This document shows, piece by piece, positions 28,563 through 35,873 of a DNA stretch of 64,000 nucleotides. The stretch's first letter is position 1. Each line of letters begins with the position of its first letter. A program made the translations under genes and the position numbers. The notes under the pieces are model-generated. The model was given only the letters and a program-made list of their open reading frames with translations, did not search any database and was not told the origin of the DNA. Origin of the DNA: Escherichia coli (GTDB taxonomy: Bacteria; Pseudomonadota; Gammaproteobacteria; Enterobacterales; Enterobacteriaceae). The stretch lies in NCBI RefSeq assembly GCF_024700885.2, contig NZ_CP117016.1. One strand, 5' to 3'.

Positions 28563-28904
28563 TCACACTATTAATTTCGTTTCATGCCAGCCTTTAGTCA
28601 CCCAGCATTGCGAGTCACCATTACACGGGCATGAATTAACTGGAACTCTCCCGCCGCACTTACCGCAACGTTTTCTGCTGATCGATTTTATACGCCCGCG
28701 CACGCGTGCATCATCCTGGCGGATCAGTAACGCTATATACTCACCAAATTCGTAAGGCGCACGCCCGGGGCGACGCGTGGCACAGTTACGCTCCAGCATT
28801 TCAATTTCCTGAGCATCAAGCACAATTTCCAGCTTACGCACACCAGATGCAGCTTGTCTGGCTCTCTGAGCGGCTTTGCGCTCTGCTGCTGATTTAGCCA
28901 TCAA
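28563..28904 (-). CDS. putative DNA-binding regulator (basic N-terminus plus C-terminal Cys cluster), candidate late-gene regulator
   Basis: 113 aa: MMAKSAAERKAAQRARQAASGVRKLEIVLDAQEIEMLE..., then CGKCGG-x8-CPC-x5-C. It is the last early-operon gene before the packaging genes. Confidence 0.45.
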   Translation of the reverse strand: MMAKSAAERKAAQRARQAASGVRKLEIVLDAQEIEMLERNCATRRPGRAPYEFGEYIALLIRQDDARVRGRIKSISRKRCGKCGGRVPVNSCPCNGDSQCWVTKGWHETKLIV

Positions 28905-28936
28905 TATTTACCTTTATCGCGAACACCTTTACCGGT

Positions 28937-29179
28937 TTATCTCCTTTGCATGGCACGTAATTTTTTCAGATGGTTCTCCTGTTCTGTTTCAGCCAGGATC
29001 TGGTGATATTCTCTGTGATCAATGTGTTCGAATAAATTATTGAATTTTCTGATGCACACCCTTCCAGGATAGCCATCCATCCTCTTGAAGAACACTGAGT
29101 GATCAGTACTACGAATGATTTTTACTGGATAGCCGGCGCTATCGGTGTATATCTGACCACGTTGAATCAGAGAGAACAT
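28937..29179 (-). CDS. hypothetical early protein
   Basis: 80-aa ORF in the leftward early operon. Confidence 0.5.
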   Translation of the reverse strand: MFSLIQRGQIYTDSAGYPVKIIRSTDHSVFFKRMDGYPGRVCIRKFNNLFEHIDHREYHQILAETEQENHLKKLRAMQRR

Positions 29180-29240
29180 TCGCTTATCCCCAGATAAAAA
29201 TATAGCAATACCAATTACATAAAATACTTCAGGCCAAGCA

Positions 29241-30026
29241 TCATTTCACCTCCTGCGGCGGTTCTGGTAGAGGCATCCAGTGTGACGGTTTCCACGACGC
29301 ACCAGGAATTATCCACCCATCATTAGCGTCAGGATGCCCGGGGATGTAAGTAGCCCATTTCATTCGCCAGTCACCTTTCCTGTCAAACTCCACGGCAACA
29401 AGAACGGCTGTTTTGGTATTCGGCATTCGCTCACTACAGCTTATCCAACCATCCGGAGTTACCGGAGAGTTGACAGCCAGTCTGCGCAAAACAGCCTTAA
29501 CAGCCTCAATACGGTCATCATCGCAATTTTCCAGCGTATCTATGCGGTCGAGCATGATGATGGCGTTATCAATATCAGGATTGCCAGTCCACTCATTACT
29601 GCGATTGGATTCGGCAGCCTGGTTGCCAGATGCTGGTTGATTGTCGGCTTGGCTATAGCTAACAGCACGGCAGGCATCCTCTACGCCTTTAACTGCATCT
29701 GCGCAGTAGTTATAGCGATTGCATTCCACTAACTTCTGCTTGAGGTTTTCAATTGCTTGCGCGACATTAGCCTGTGTTACCGGCACAGGTGGAGCGGCGA
29801 ATAGATATCCTCCAAAGTCAGGAAGCTCTCCAATGGCCTGTACGAACTTTTGTTTGCCTACGTCAATTCCTAATGGGTAGTGAGCTATAATTTTTGCCAC
29901 TGGCTCTGCCTCCAGCGATGCCAGAGCAATTTCATAAGCACGGCGCTCAATATTGTCTCGCACGTCCAGGCTGCCGATTCGCTCTTTGATTTCTTTAATC
30001 AGTTCTTTGTCGGTTAAAGTGGTCAT
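29241..30026 (-). CDS. early protein with C-terminal DUF551-like domain
   Basis: C-terminus WISCSERMPN...VLVAV...W...SHWMPLPEPP matches the DUF551 pattern I recall from lambdoid prophages. Confidence 0.6.
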   Translation of the reverse strand: MTTLTDKELIKEIKERIGSLDVRDNIERRAYEIALASLEAEPVAKIIAHYPLGIDVGKQKFVQAIGELPDFGGYLFAAPPVPVTQANVAQAIENLKQKLVECNRYNYCADAVKGVEDACRAVSYSQADNQPASGNQAAESNRSNEWTGNPDIDNAIIMLDRIDTLENCDDDRIEAVKAVLRRLAVNSPVTPDGWISCSERMPNTKTAVLVAVEFDRKGDWRMKWATYIPGHPDANDGWIIPGASWKPSHWMPLPEPPQEVK

Positions 30027-30232
30027 TTGTTAATCCTCAAAACTTTATGCCCGGGCGCAAAAGCACGCGTTTTGTCTTTGCTTATTCGCCACCCGTCTTT
30101 ACGGGCCTCTTTTGCACAACCAGACCATGACGTACCGATATACTCACCGAAGTTTGGCACTGGATATACACCTTCCGTACACTGGCGACAATCACAATAG
30201 AGATGCATGGTGTAACTTGCGGCAATAGCCAT
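30023..30232 (-). CDS. hypothetical small Cys-rich early protein
   Basis: Start set at ATG 30232 (MAIAASYTMHLYCDCRQC). Confidence 0.45.
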   Translation of the reverse strand: MAIAASYTMHLYCDCRQCTEGVYPVPNFGEYIGTSWSGCAKEARKDGWRISKDKTRAFAPGHKVLRINK

Positions 30233-30233
30233 A

Positions 30234-30422
30234 TCACTCTCCTTTAGTACGCAAGTGGTTTTTCCAGCGGTTTTGCGCCGCGCTGGGCTTTTTGCAAAAA
30301 CCACAATCCATCATCCCGTAATGTTTCATTAACCCCATCCGTCGGTTGCTGAGTCTCACCCACTGCCAGACGCCAGGACCGTTTCTGCGAACTAATAGGA
30401 TTTTTGCTTTACGGTTTTTCAT
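30234..30422 (-). CDS. hypothetical small basic protein
   Basis: 62 aa from the internal Met of ORF 30234-30587 (MKNRKAKILLVRRNG). Begins 5 nt after the upstream stop. Confidence 0.35.
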   Translation of the reverse strand: MKNRKAKILLVRRNGPGVWQWVRLSNRRMGLMKHYGMMDCGFCKKPSAAQNRWKNHLRTKGE

Positions 30423-30426
30423 CGCT

Positions 30427-31158
30427 TTACTCTTCTTCCTCACGCCCAAGATATGAAAGAGATGTGACTGCTGTTGCATGGAAACAACAAACCTTGCTAA
30501 GTGCGCTTTTAAACTCTTCAAGGTCGGATTGCGATTTGATTCTGAAAGGTGACTGCGCAATCCCGGACATGGTAATGCCGCTAACATTGCTCACTGCGCT
30601 GTAGTGATATACGTGCCTATTAGCTGATTGAGCCACGTGTTCCTGTTGGCTGTTTATATTGGCGTCCTGTCTTGTGTTGGCCTGCTCCAACTCTTCGATA
30701 CGTTCAGCCATCGCAGCACACTCTTCAAAGTTGCTTAATGCTTTTCGCTCCGATTCAGCGCATTGTTTTTCCAGTTCTGCTATGCGCTTACCTCCATCCA
30801 CGATTACTCCCTCGTAATGCTCGCGCTGCTCGTTGAGTTTTGATTTTGCCGACTCCAGTTGTTTTGTTAGTTCCGCAATACGGCAAACATCGTTGATACG
30901 CGTTTCCTCTAATGCGTTGATCTCATCCAGTAGTGCCAGCGCAACTTTTGGTGGGATAGCCGCGATATAACGGGCATTAGCACCAGCATTCCTTTGCCCA
31001 TCAATGCCAGGCCAGTCAATAAAGTATCCGCAATGCCTACCCTCAGACGTGCGCGCAGGATAAATGCCGTTATGACCCGGCAAAATATATGCTACCCATT
31101 CATCTTGCGTTGCCTGTTCCGCCGCCTCGCGCAGTGCCTGATAATTAATCTTGCTCAC
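30427..31158 (-). CDS. Ea22-like coiled-coil early protein
   Basis: 243 aa. The N-terminal YQALREAAEQATQDEW... and central coiled coil resemble the ead/Ea22-like family. Confidence 0.5.
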   Translation of the reverse strand: MSKINYQALREAAEQATQDEWVAYILPGHNGIYPARTSEGRHCGYFIDWPGIDGQRNAGANARYIAAIPPKVALALLDEINALEETRINDVCRIAELTKQLESAKSKLNEQREHYEGVIVDGGKRIAELEKQCAESERKALSNFEECAAMAERIEELEQANTRQDANINSQQEHVAQSANRHVYHYSAVSNVSGITMSGIAQSPFRIKSQSDLEEFKSALSKVCCFHATAVTSLSYLGREEEE

Positions 31159-31808
31159 TGGCTGCCTCCTTTGCGAAGCTGTTCAGCGATATCTTCGAGA
31201 ACGCCATCAGAGAATGAGCGGTCAAAATCGCCTTCCCGCGCATTAGCCATAAACTCAGTAGAGGTAAGAATCATCCGGGCAATATCCGCGGCGTTCTTCG
31301 CAGTATCATCAATAAAACCAGCTTCCCAAGCAGCCAGCATTCTGTTCGCCACAAAGTAAGCGCCCTCCTTGCGTGCTTCAGTCTTCACTTCATCCAGGAA
31401 AGTGTCGGTCGCAGGAGTGGTTTTTTGTGGTGATAGGGCGATACGAATTGTTTCAAGAGCTGGATCTATTTCCACTGTTGGCACTTTGATAAAACCAAGC
31501 TGCACGCCATTCATAATGAACGTGCGGCGATCCTCACATATCGCCTTCAGCGCCGCATTCTCCGCTGCCAGCGCCGAAAACTTCTCATGTGCCAACTTAA
31601 CAGCCGAATCAGCCTGCTTAATTGACTCAATCGCTCTCTGGTGGTCTTCGGCCAGCGCATTAGCACGCACCAGTTGCACTTCAAGTTGCGTTGCCAAATC
31701 GCTGATCAGCTTTGCCACACTGCGCATATCAACGGCACCACATTCTGCTTTCAGTTCCGAAGCCATCTCATGCCCGGTGGAAACTAACCCTTTGATATTA
31801 CTTTCCAT
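31155..31808 (-). CDS. coiled-coil early protein
   Basis: 217-aa ORF with GAGGG RBS. Confidence 0.5.
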   Translation of the reverse strand: MESNIKGLVSTGHEMASELKAECGAVDMRSVAKLISDLATQLEVQLVRANALAEDHQRAIESIKQADSAVKLAHEKFSALAAENAALKAICEDRRTFIMNGVQLGFIKVPTVEIDPALETIRIALSPQKTTPATDTFLDEVKTEARKEGAYFVANRMLAAWEAGFIDDTAKNAADIARMILTSTEFMANAREGDFDRSFSDGVLEDIAEQLRKGGSQ

Positions 31809-31869
31809 CTTTACCCTCGCTTATCCACATAACTTATTGATAACATTGATAACTAAAAAGATCGTCGAT

Positions 31870-32214
31870 TCAGAACTCTTCGATTTTCCATCCGCCACCT
31901 GCTTTCTTTGGCTTAACCGTTACCCCGATGATTCGGAACGGATACTGATCTGCGGCGATTTTGGTTTTCACCCTGGCGTCGTCTGTCCAGAAACCTTTCA
32001 CTTCGTGCAGTTCCATCTCTCCGGTGGCGAGCATCACAGCAAAATCTGGCGTATAGAACGTGTTGTCAGCTAACCGCAGCTTGATACCCTCGAATCGATA
32101 CCAGGCGATTTCCCCTGCACGTTTACGCTGCTCAAGGTGCTGGCAATACGCAGATTCTGTTTTGTTCATCTGGCCTGTTTTGAGTCGACCAAGAGCCTGC
32201 ATCTGTTTTCTCAT
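31870..32214 (-). CDS. DUF1064-like protein (RecU/resolvase-like fold family)
   Basis: 114 aa. The pattern SAYCQHLE...YTPDF...ELHEVKG... fits my recollection of DUF1064. Confidence 0.55.
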   Translation of the reverse strand: MRKQMQALGRLKTGQMNKTESAYCQHLEQRKRAGEIAWYRFEGIKLRLADNTFYTPDFAVMLATGEMELHEVKGFWTDDARVKTKIAADQYPFRIIGVTVKPKKAGGGWKIEEF

Positions 32215-32217
32215 GAT

Positions 32218-32232
32218 TTACCTCTGAGGTAA
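32218..32232. promoter_or_regulatory. operator TTACCTCTGAGGTAA
   Basis: Perfect TTACC-N5-GGTAA, 4 nt upstream of start codon 32214. It contains that gene's GAGG RBS. Confidence 0.5.
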
Positions 32233-32279
32233 TTAAAAACCACATAAGACACGAAATCAATAGAGTTTAGAATATTTTA

Positions 32280-32294
32280 TTACCTGATGGGTAA
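32280..32294. promoter_or_regulatory. operator TTACCTGATGGGTAA
   Basis: Perfect TTACC-N5-GGTAA. A minus-strand TTGATT-N17-TTTAAT promoter-like pair lies between it and 32218-32232. Confidence 0.5.
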
Positions 32295-32331
32295 TTATTT
32301 GAGCGTAAAAAAATGCGCTATCGCGCTGGTA

Positions 32332-33117
32332 TTACTTGATAAATCCTGCCGCCTTTCCCCGCCTGTATTCCTCCATCAGCCACTGCGCCGGTGTTATTCC
32401 CCCAAGGGTGGCGGCGTTAGGCATGCATCCGAAACTTCGCCCTGGTGGATGGTAAACGTCTCTCCCTGTGTCCGGAGGTGTACTCATGGGCTCTGGCTTT
32501 GCCTGTATGCTGATCACCGGATCGGGTATCTGCTGTCCGGAAGCCACCTTTTTCGCCCAATCATCGAGCAGCCTGCGCGCGTGTTTCTCAACCTCAATCT
32601 CGCTAAGCTGGCGCTGATACATTGCACGGCGGGTATCACATACGACCCAGTACATAACCGGATGTCGCCACGGGAATCTTTCGGGACCACCAGGATATAA
32701 ACTTTTTTCCTTGCTGTACCGGTGAAACTCCGCCATCACATCGTCAATGGTGACGCCAAGAACCATCTTGCTGTCTTTACACCACTTGATGAATTGCCCA
32801 GGCGACGGCCAGAACGGAGATTCACTGGCGCGGGCGTGGCGCATACCAGCAGAAACCTGTTCACGGGTTCGGATCCCCCCTTCGGCAAACGCAGCAATCC
32901 ACTGCTGTTTTGCAGCTACTTCCTGCCCTGGCGTCTTCAGGTTGGTTACCACTGCCGCCGGAAACAGTTGTTTCAGCTGTTTGAAAAGGGCATCAACAAG
33001 CCTCTCTGCTGACATGTTAACCACATTGTCATTGTTGACGTACTGATGCTCATAACCTGACATGCGAGAAAGGGCTTCTCCGTCACGGTTTTGTATCGCG
33101 GTAAAAACGTTGTTCAC
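32332..33117 (-). CDS. lambda P-like replication (helicase loader) protein
   Basis: Alignable by eye to lambda P (QWI.AF.E.GI.T.EQV.AGMR.AR....PF.PSPGQF..WC). GTG 33117 overlaps the O-like stop as GTGA, with GGAGGA upstream. Confidence 0.75.
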   Translation of the reverse strand: MNNVFTAIQNRDGEALSRMSGYEHQYVNNDNVVNMSAERLVDALFKQLKQLFPAAVVTNLKTPGQEVAAKQQWIAAFAEGGIRTREQVSAGMRHARASESPFWPSPGQFIKWCKDSKMVLGVTIDDVMAEFHRYSKEKSLYPGGPERFPWRHPVMYWVVCDTRRAMYQRQLSEIEVEKHARRLLDDWAKKVASGQQIPDPVISIQAKPEPMSTPPDTGRDVYHPPGRSFGCMPNAATLGGITPAQWLMEEYRRGKAAGFIK

Positions 33118-33929
33118 AAGAAATCCTCCCATGCTTCAGGGCTGTTCCAGTGCGGAACGTTGTTATCAGGTAATGTTGATTGCTTCTGTCTGCTAATCTG
33201 CAGCCGCCTTGCCAGCTTCTGCTCCCACTGTGCCTGATGGTATGCCTTACCCTCAGCCATCCAGTAAATTCTGAACTCTGCAAGTTCCTGTGCCGTTGGC
33301 AGACTGTCCAGGTAGATCCCCTGCAATGAGCTTTTCCGAAGAAAGTCATCTGATGGCTGCCATTGTTCATGCATGACAAATTTTCCTAATTGCCCTGGTC
33401 CACCAGGAGGAACAAAGTTATTCATCACGGCGTTGTTTGCTCCGGGGTCATGAGGCACAGAATCCCCGCTTTTTGTCCTGCTCTCCCTCTCTTGGTTAAA
33501 TGACTGGTTATATGACTGGTTCTGGATCCCGTTTTTGGGATCATTCAACATCCCGTTTTTGGGATCATTCAACATCCCGTTTTTGGGTATATTCCCGTTT
33601 TCGGGAACATTACCGTTTTCGGGTTCATTACGTCCTTCTAGGTTGCCTTTAATGTTCCCTTTTTTGGTTATATTAAGAGAGAAAACCCGCACTCTTTTCG
33701 TCGCTCCCTTTCTCTCTCCGGTATCTGAAATAAGCCCCATTTTCATGAGCGATATAAGCCCGGCCTGCACGGTTTTTTTATTCAGGCAAGTGTCTTTAAC
33801 GAGGCGTTCTATGCTGGGGTAGCAGAGGTTATATTCATCGGCTCTGTCAGCCATCGAGAGCAGTATGAGCTTTAATGACGAGCTACCTGGATCTGTCTCC
33901 CAGGCCCAATCTGTTGCATGTCTGCTCAT
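33114..33929 (-). CDS. lambda O-like replication initiator (N-terminal winged-HTH), contains the origin iterons
   Basis: 271 aa. N-terminal DNA-binding-like region and an internal NG-rich repeat encoded by the iterons. Immediately upstream of the P-like gene. Confidence 0.7.
   Translation of the reverse strand: MSRHATDWAWETDPGSSSLKLILLSMADRADEYNLCYPSIERLVKDTCLNKKTVQAGLISLMKMGLISDTGERKGATKRVRVFSLNITKKGNIKGNLEGRNEPENGNVPENGNIPKNGMLNDPKNGMLNDPKNGIQNQSYNQSFNQERESRTKSGDSVPHDPGANNAVMNNFVPPGGPGQLGKFVMHEQWQPSDDFLRKSSLQGIYLDSLPTAQELAEFRIYWMAEGKAYHQAQWEQKLARRLQISRQKQSTLPDNNVPHWNSPEAWEDFL
33528..33623. repeat. origin iterons: five copies of (C/A)CCGTTTT(T/C)GGG spaced 24, 24, 18, 18 bp
   Basis: Cores at 33528, 33552, 33576, 33594 and 33612, inside the O-like gene as in ori-lambda. 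Confidence 0.7.
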
Positions 33930-33944
33930 GATTAATCTCCGCTA

Positions 33945-34145
33945 TCAGCTTGAATGTTGTGGGGAGGAATTAATCATGATCTGCTTAATCTCAGCCCTGA
34001 TGCGACGGTTTGATTCCATGGTGCACTCAACACAGTGTCCGTTGTAAACCCAGCGTTCACTGTCATGTCCGTGCTTACATGGTTTTCCGGTGTAGTAGCG
34101 TTTAAGTCCGCGCTTTGCGGCATCAATACGTGTAATGATTTCCAT
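33945..34145 (-). CDS. small zinc-ribbon-like protein
   Basis: MEIITRIDAAKRGLKRYYTGKPCKHGH...NGHCVEC. The ORF-track start 34214 falls inside a regulatory box, so ATG 34145 was preferred. Confidence 0.45.
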   Translation of the reverse strand: MEIITRIDAAKRGLKRYYTGKPCKHGHDSERWVYNGHCVECTMESNRRIRAEIKQIMINSSPQHSS

Positions 34146-34225
34146 GGTAAGCCCTGTTATTAGTATTGGGATTACGGTCATTTTGTGCTGACACAAAAAA
34201 AAGATCAACCACATTTGGTTTTTTA

Positions 34226-34240
34226 TTACCCTTAAGGTGC
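34226..34240. promoter_or_regulatory. imperfect operator TTACCCTTAAGGTGC
   Basis: One half-site degenerate. Adjacent to the AACCACATTTGGTT box at 34207-34220. Confidence 0.4.
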
Positions 34241-34295
34241 GAATAGATATGAAAAGACCGCCGGATGGCGGTCTACAGAGGGTTGTGGCTGGATA

Positions 34296-34526
34296 TCATG
34301 AGTAGAAGAAGTATGCCAATTCTGCTTTTGAGCGCAGCCATTGTCTTGTTTTACAGGCTTTAAAAAGCCCATTCATCAATACCTTACCTGGCATTTTGCG
34401 CTTACCTGTTAAGTGAGTCTGGATATAGTGACTCGTCGTTCCGGCTTCCTGTGCGAAGGCTTCACGCTCATCCGGAGTAAGTGCAAGCCAGTGCTTTTTG
34501 AAATCGAAATGTCCGTTATCGCTCAT
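34296..34526 (-). CDS. Cro-like HTH regulator, first gene of the leftward early operon
   Basis: 76 aa with HTH candidate AQEAGTTSHYIQTHLTG. Divergent from the repressor gene across the tripartite operator. Confidence 0.6.
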   Translation of the reverse strand: MSDNGHFDFKKHWLALTPDEREAFAQEAGTTSHYIQTHLTGKRKMPGKVLMNGLFKACKTRQWLRSKAELAYFFYS

Positions 34527-34562
34527 AGCTATTGCCTGATATTTATTTCAGATAATAAATAT

Positions 34563-34625
34563 TCACCCATAAGGTAACAAAAATCAAGGATAGTTACCCA
34601 TGAGGTGCATTTACCTGTTGGGTAA
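34563..34625. promoter_or_regulatory. tripartite operator region between the cro-like and repressor genes
   Basis: Three sites: TCACCCATAAGGTAA (34563), TTACCCATGAGGTGC (34594), TTACCTGTTGGGTAA (34611). A minus-strand TTGATT(34587-34582)-N17-GAATAT overlaps the first site. Confidence 0.65.
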
Positions 34626-34680
34626 TATTGCTTTAAATTGAATCATCTTCTGATTCATATATGAGGCGATTTTCCAGAAA

Positions 34681-35265
34681 ATGAAAAGTATCCAAGACGT
34701 CCGCAGGCAAAATCTCAACGACTTGATCGACCGTGAATTCAATGGTGTTCAGACGCGGATGGCTGAAAAACTTGGAACTCAGGCAAATCTGGTAAACCGC
34801 TGGGCTCTTGGCAAGAAGGTTATCGGCGACCAGGTTGCGCGAAAAATTGAAGCTGCCGCCAATAAACCACGTAACTGGCTTGATATCGATCGCTCGCTTT
34901 CTCAGGAGGGTTTTCAGCCTGTCGGACCAAGCGACATTGGTCAGCTGGCGGCTCACAACCTGGAACGCTGGATGAGCGAAAGCCGCGACCTTTCAACACA
35001 GGGAAAACTTCACCGCGCATCCGGCGTCGCCCAAGTGACAATCAGCCGCCTGTTAAACAATGAGGTCAGCGTTTCCATTTCCACCCTGGAGAATGTTGCA
35101 TCTGCATTCGGACGTCACGGATATGAACTACTGATTCACCCGCACGACCCTGCAACTATCAACTATGACCGCTCGCGCTACGCATTGTTACCTGAAACCG
35201 AGAAAGCAAAGATCGAAAGTTACATTGAATTTGTCATCAACCAGAACGAAAAAAACAAACAATAA
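34681..35265 (+). CDS. prophage repressor with two tandem XRE-type HTH domains, no S24 peptidase domain
   Basis: 194 aa. HTH1 is TRMAEKLGTQANLVNRWALGKK; HTH2 is KLHRASGVAQVTISRLLNNE. No Ala-Gly / Ser-Lys autocleavage module is visible. Confidence 0.75.
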   Translation: MKSIQDVRRQNLNDLIDREFNGVQTRMAEKLGTQANLVNRWALGKKVIGDQVARKIEAAANKPRNWLDIDRSLSQEGFQPVGPSDIGQLAAHNLERWMSESRDLSTQGKLHRASGVAQVTISRLLNNEVSVSISTLENVASAFGRHGYELLIHPHDPATINYDRSRYALLPETEKAKIESYIEFVINQNEKNKQ

Positions 35266-35286
35266 AATCATATTTTTCAGTAAGTA

Positions 35287-35309
35287 AGCCGCCAAATGGC
35301 GGCTTTTTT
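35287..35309 (+). terminator. rho-independent terminator after the repressor gene
   Basis: AGCCGCC-aaat-GGCGGCT-TTTTT. Confidence 0.7.
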
Positions 35310-35322
35310 ATTGTCTATTTAA

Positions 35323-35399
35323 TTACCTTGCAGGTAATTTTTTCAACTCATACCTATTGACATCAAACCAAATACGCATAATCATTACCTCAACGGTAA
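35323..35399 (+). promoter_or_regulatory. rightward early promoter flanked by two operators
   Basis: TTACCTTGCAGGTAA (35323-35337); TTGACA (35357-35362)-N17-AATCAT (35380-35385); TTACCTCAACGGTAA (35385-35399). Confidence 0.55.
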
Positions 35400-35418
35400 C
35401 AAGCTGAGGTAACAAGTT

Positions 35419-35571
35419 ATGCAGTGGAAAATCATCAACGGTTGGTACTGCGTTACTGCATGCGGATTCATGAGCTGGAAGTTCCGCACCTTACAGGAAG
35501 GCATTAAGTGGGCTTTCGTCAGCAAAGAAGCTCGCGATGTGGCCAACGATAACGAGATATGGGAGGGCTGA
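35419..35571 (+). CDS. possible 50-aa ORF (not in the ORF track)
   Basis: Hand translation MQWKIINGWYCVTACGFMSWKFRTLQEGIKWAFVSKEARDVANDNEIWEG. It is the first ORF after the rightward promoter. No clear RBS. Confidence 0.3.
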   Translation: MQWKIINGWYCVTACGFMSWKFRTLQEGIKWAFVSKEARDVANDNEIWEG

Positions 35572-35573
35572 TA

Positions 35574-35873
35574 ATGAACGTTAATCAGCAGCAAAATCTT
35601 CAAAAAATCATGCTGGCATTCGACAAGGACTACCGCCTGTCAGAACAGCTATATGACCGACAAGTTGAACTGATCGAAAGCATCCGGCTTCATCAACTAG
35701 CCTCAACTTTCGACGCTGTAACAGGTAAAGGCGTTCGCCAGGAAGTACTGGAGGCCGCTAAAGACAGTCCAGAGTTCGAAGAACTGATGGATTCCTACCG
35801 GCGCGAGGCAATGGCAATTATCGCCCGCTGGGATCTGGCTGATCAGCTTGATGGGCAGAGGGACGCGGCATGA
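35574..35873 (+). CDS. hypothetical protein at the Gam-equivalent position
   Basis: ATG 35574 is preceded by GGGAGGG. 99 aa, acidic and helical. No similarity to lambda Gam is visible. Confidence 0.5.
   Translation: MNVNQQQNLQKIMLAFDKDYRLSEQLYDRQVELIESIRLHQLASTFDAVTGKGVRQEVLEAAKDSPEFEELMDSYRREAMAIIARWDLADQLDGQRDAA

Noticed and set aside
34633-35041. Minus-strand ORFs 34633-34956 and 34820-35041 opposite the repressor gene
   Set aside because: They overlap a gene with two clear HTH domains and read through the operator region. They have no RBS.
28563-35873. Search of the early region for known anti-phage defence or toxin-antitoxin gene pairs
   Set aside because: The genes there resolve into replication (O/P), DUF1064, Ea22-like, DUF551-like and small unknowns. 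I saw no nuclease/ATPase/TIR/SIR2/reverse-transcriptase-type motifs. The absence cannot be proven without HMM searches.
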